From positions 91,016,001 to 91,080,000 of the forward strand of contig OX597824.1 in NCBI GenBank assembly GCA_951406725.2: a DNA stretch of 64,000 nucleotides. The letters are read 5' to 3'. Below are positions 61,095-64,000 of this stretch, one piece after another. Position 1 is the first letter of the stretch. Each line of letters opens with the position of its first letter. A model generated the notes under the pieces. That model saw nothing but the letters and a program-made list of their open reading frames with translations. It did not search any database and was not told where the DNA came from. The translations under genes and the position numbers were made by a program. This DNA comes from Octopus vulgaris (lineage: Eukaryota).

Positions 61095-62068
61095 ACAGCA
61101 ACAGCAGCAATAGTAGTAGTAGTAGTAGTAACAGCCGTAGCAGCATTTGTAGTATTAGTAGTAGCAGTGGTGGTGGTGGTGGTGGTGGTGGTGATGGTAG
61201 TGTCGGAATGGTTGTTGCATAGCTTCATGACCAGCTCTGATGAACCAGACCCGTCATCAAGAGCGTTCCAGCCATGACCATCTCGACGTTTCCCTACGTG
61301 CAGTGAAACCAGAACGAATTTTTTTTTGCTTGCCGTTTTCTTTTTTTTCAAAGGATCTGAATATGATTTGAAGGAGAATTTGGCTGCTATGTCTAGCAAG
61401 TAAAAGCAACCGCATAAAGGCTCTCAACTGGCTCATACTGAAATGGAAGTAATTGCTCTGTTAATAGTGTTGAGGGTCACATGTTATGTTGGTGGTGGTG
61501 GTTGTGTTGGTGCCGGCGGTGGTGGTGTTGGTGGTGGGTGGTAGTGTTGTTATTGGTGGTGGTGGTGGTGGTGGTGGTGGTGGTGGTAGTGGGTGCGGTG
61601 GTGGTGGTAGTGGTGGTAGTGATGGTGGTGGTGGTGGCGGTGGTAGGTGATGGTGGTGGTGGTAACATATTCACCTTCATTCTTTGTCCTTTCTTTCTGA
61701 TTCTATTCCTGATTGCCCAGGGCACCACATCATGTCCGATGGAATGGCAATACCTGCAGGATATTCTTCCACAATCGGCAATGATGCCGTTTAATGTCTT
61801 CGGTTTTCGTTTTCCATTGCCTCTACGTTTGTCGTCAATTCATGAAACCGGCATTTCGTGTAGTATAGGTACTTGCTAGTACCTACCCTGACTACTTGAT
61901 CCTGAATTACATAGAGATAATCTTGAAGAATGAAATTATACAAAATCGCCTGTATTCCGTGCCGCGCCTTTAGTGGGATCGATTTGTCCGGCTATAACCC
62001 TCGAAGGCGATGCCCCAGCATGGCCGCAGTCCAGTGACTGAAGTAGAAAAATAAATAAAAGATAAACA

Positions 62069-62105
<37 letters not shown>

Positions 62106-62519
62106 TTGTGTGTTGAAAGAAAACCGGATGCGAAACGTTAATCTCCACCACAAAGACGTGCCAAGCTGTTTTAGACATGACAGAGTCTATTCAACATGGA
62201 AATTAAACACCTCCCTCATCTGAACAAAAGTTACTCCCTACCGTTTCAGTTCTGTCCACTTATGTCCTGCCGCTGACCGATTGACCTGTCAGTAGCAAAA
62301 ACACATCACTAGCGTTATTTTGTTGGTTTTTTTTTACCGTAGTACCCAACACGTATTGACATGAATTCGGTTTAACCGGCATTATCCGGCAATTAATAGA
62401 CAAAAATTCACACTAAATATAAATTTTATTTTGCCCGTGGACACCCCGCAACTTTCCCTATCCGAAAGGGTTTTTCGGACGCTATTATTGTGTTTCGAGA
62501 CGAAAATTTATTCTTTTGT

Positions 62520-62875
62520 TCTTTTATTTGTTTCAGTCATTTGATTGCGGCCATGCTGGAGCACCGCCTTTAGTCGAGCAAATCGACCCCAGGACTTATT
62601 CTTTGTAAGCCTAGTACTTATTCTATCGGATTCCCTTTTGCCAAACCGCTAAGTTACGGGGACGTAAACACACCAGCGTCGGTTGTCAAGCGATGTTGGG
62701 GGACAAACAGAGACACACATATACGACGAGCTTCTTTCAGTTTCCGTCTACCAAATCCACTCACAAGGCTTTGGTCGGCCCGAGGCTATAGTAAAAGACA
62801 TTTGCCCAAGATGCCGCGCAGTGGGACTGAACCCGGAACCATGTGGTTGGTAAGCAACCACTCGCACAGCCACTC
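62520..62875 (-). mobile_element. SINE family 1
   Basis: Homology to 22238-22646. Confidence 0.8.
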
Positions 62876-63545
62876 ATTCAATAGTTTTGAATAGTCAAAA
62901 ATAGTTTTCAATAGTCAAAACTATTGAAAAGGTTGCAAGACGCAACGAAAATTTTAGGACAATAAAAATAAGAAAAAAAGTGGAAATTTTACCGGTGAGT
63001 GTGTTAAATAATAAGGCACAAAAAGAAAATGACTCTCCCCAGACACAACAGAATATGCTTCAACACACGAACTCATATAAAGAATCTTGCAAACCAAATC
63101 CAAAAACGAAATAAGTTTTTAGATAATTGTATTGGAATTTCGGAATTTGAACTTCGAGCGTAACTAAACACTAAGTAACTAAATACTACTAGACATATTG
63201 TGTTGGGTGCTCTACCGATTCTGCCACTCTAGTGCCTTAAACAATGATAATCTTGTAAAAATCAACGAGAGAGCTTCTCCGTAGACCTTTGCTATGCTAG
63301 AGATAGCAGCCAAATCTTACTCAAGTAGATCTGTCTAAAGAAAAAGGGATTTGTACATCACAGCCGGAGCGTTGTTAAGTACAAGTTCTCCTTAATTAAG
63401 GCTTACTTTAGGGGAACAACAGCAAAAGCTTGCATATTACTCCTAATTACATAATGACTGTTTTGTAGTACCAACGAGAAAGCCTCTAGTTAGTCACCTG
63501 ACTCACTAGAAATACCAGCCCAATTTCCCTAAAAGCACTCTGATA

Positions 63546-63692
63546 GGCGCAGGAGTGGCTGTGTGGTAAGTAGCTTGATAACCAGCCACATGGTTCCGGG
63601 TTCAGTCCCACTGCGTGGCACCTTGGGCAAGTGTCTTCTGTAAGTGGATTTGGTAGACAGAAACTGAAAGAAGCCTGTCGTATACATGTGTG

Positions 63693-63741
<49 letters not shown>

Positions 63742-63953
63742 GTTTGCGTGTCTGTGTTTGTCCCCCTAGCATTGCTTGACAACCGATGCAGGTGTGTTTA
63801 CGTCCCCGTTACTTAGCGGTTCGGCAAAAGAGACCGATAGAATAAGTACTGGGCTTACAAAGAATAAGTCCCGGGGTCGATTTGTTCGACTAAAGGCGGT
63901 GCTCCAGCATGGCCGCAGTCAAATGTCTGAAACAAGTAAAAGAGTAAAAGAGT
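63546..63953 (+). mobile_element. SINE family 1 with internal deletion
   Basis: Homology to 22238-22646. Confidence 0.8.
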
Positions 63954-64000
63954 ATATACTCTATAGGAGAGGACGTGTTTTCTATCTGAAGTTCCTGAAA

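Overview
Eukaryotic, AT-rich DNA dense in microsatellites and SINEs; the repeat landscape looks like an octopus (coleoid cephalopod) genome (inference). (1) 998-22906 (+): the last 17 coding exons (~876 aa) of an EML5/EML6-type EMAP-like WD40 gene. All splice phases are consistent, and one intron is GC-AG. (2) 36136-51969 (+): seven tRNA-Glu(CTC) genes, three of them in a ~1.29-kb tandem array, plus a 5'-clipped 5S rRNA copy fused to a SINE inside an older SINE. (3) Many tRNA-derived SINEs (at least three families), CR1- and RTE-type LINE 3' ends, Helitron-like and TIR/MITE elements, foldback hairpins and local duplications. The most notable unannotated signal is a dispersed set of minimal type-I hammerhead-ribozyme-like motifs in several repeat families embedded in (TA)n tracts, probably Penelope-like remnants. 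Their 3:8 core pair co-varies (C-G, G-C, U-A), and helix III is a short palindrome of the kind used for dimeric cleavage. A second signal is a SINE that forms head-to-tail multimers with a fixed junction. Almost all ORFs in the supplied track are microsatellite or SINE artefacts. All calls were made by eye, without database searches.
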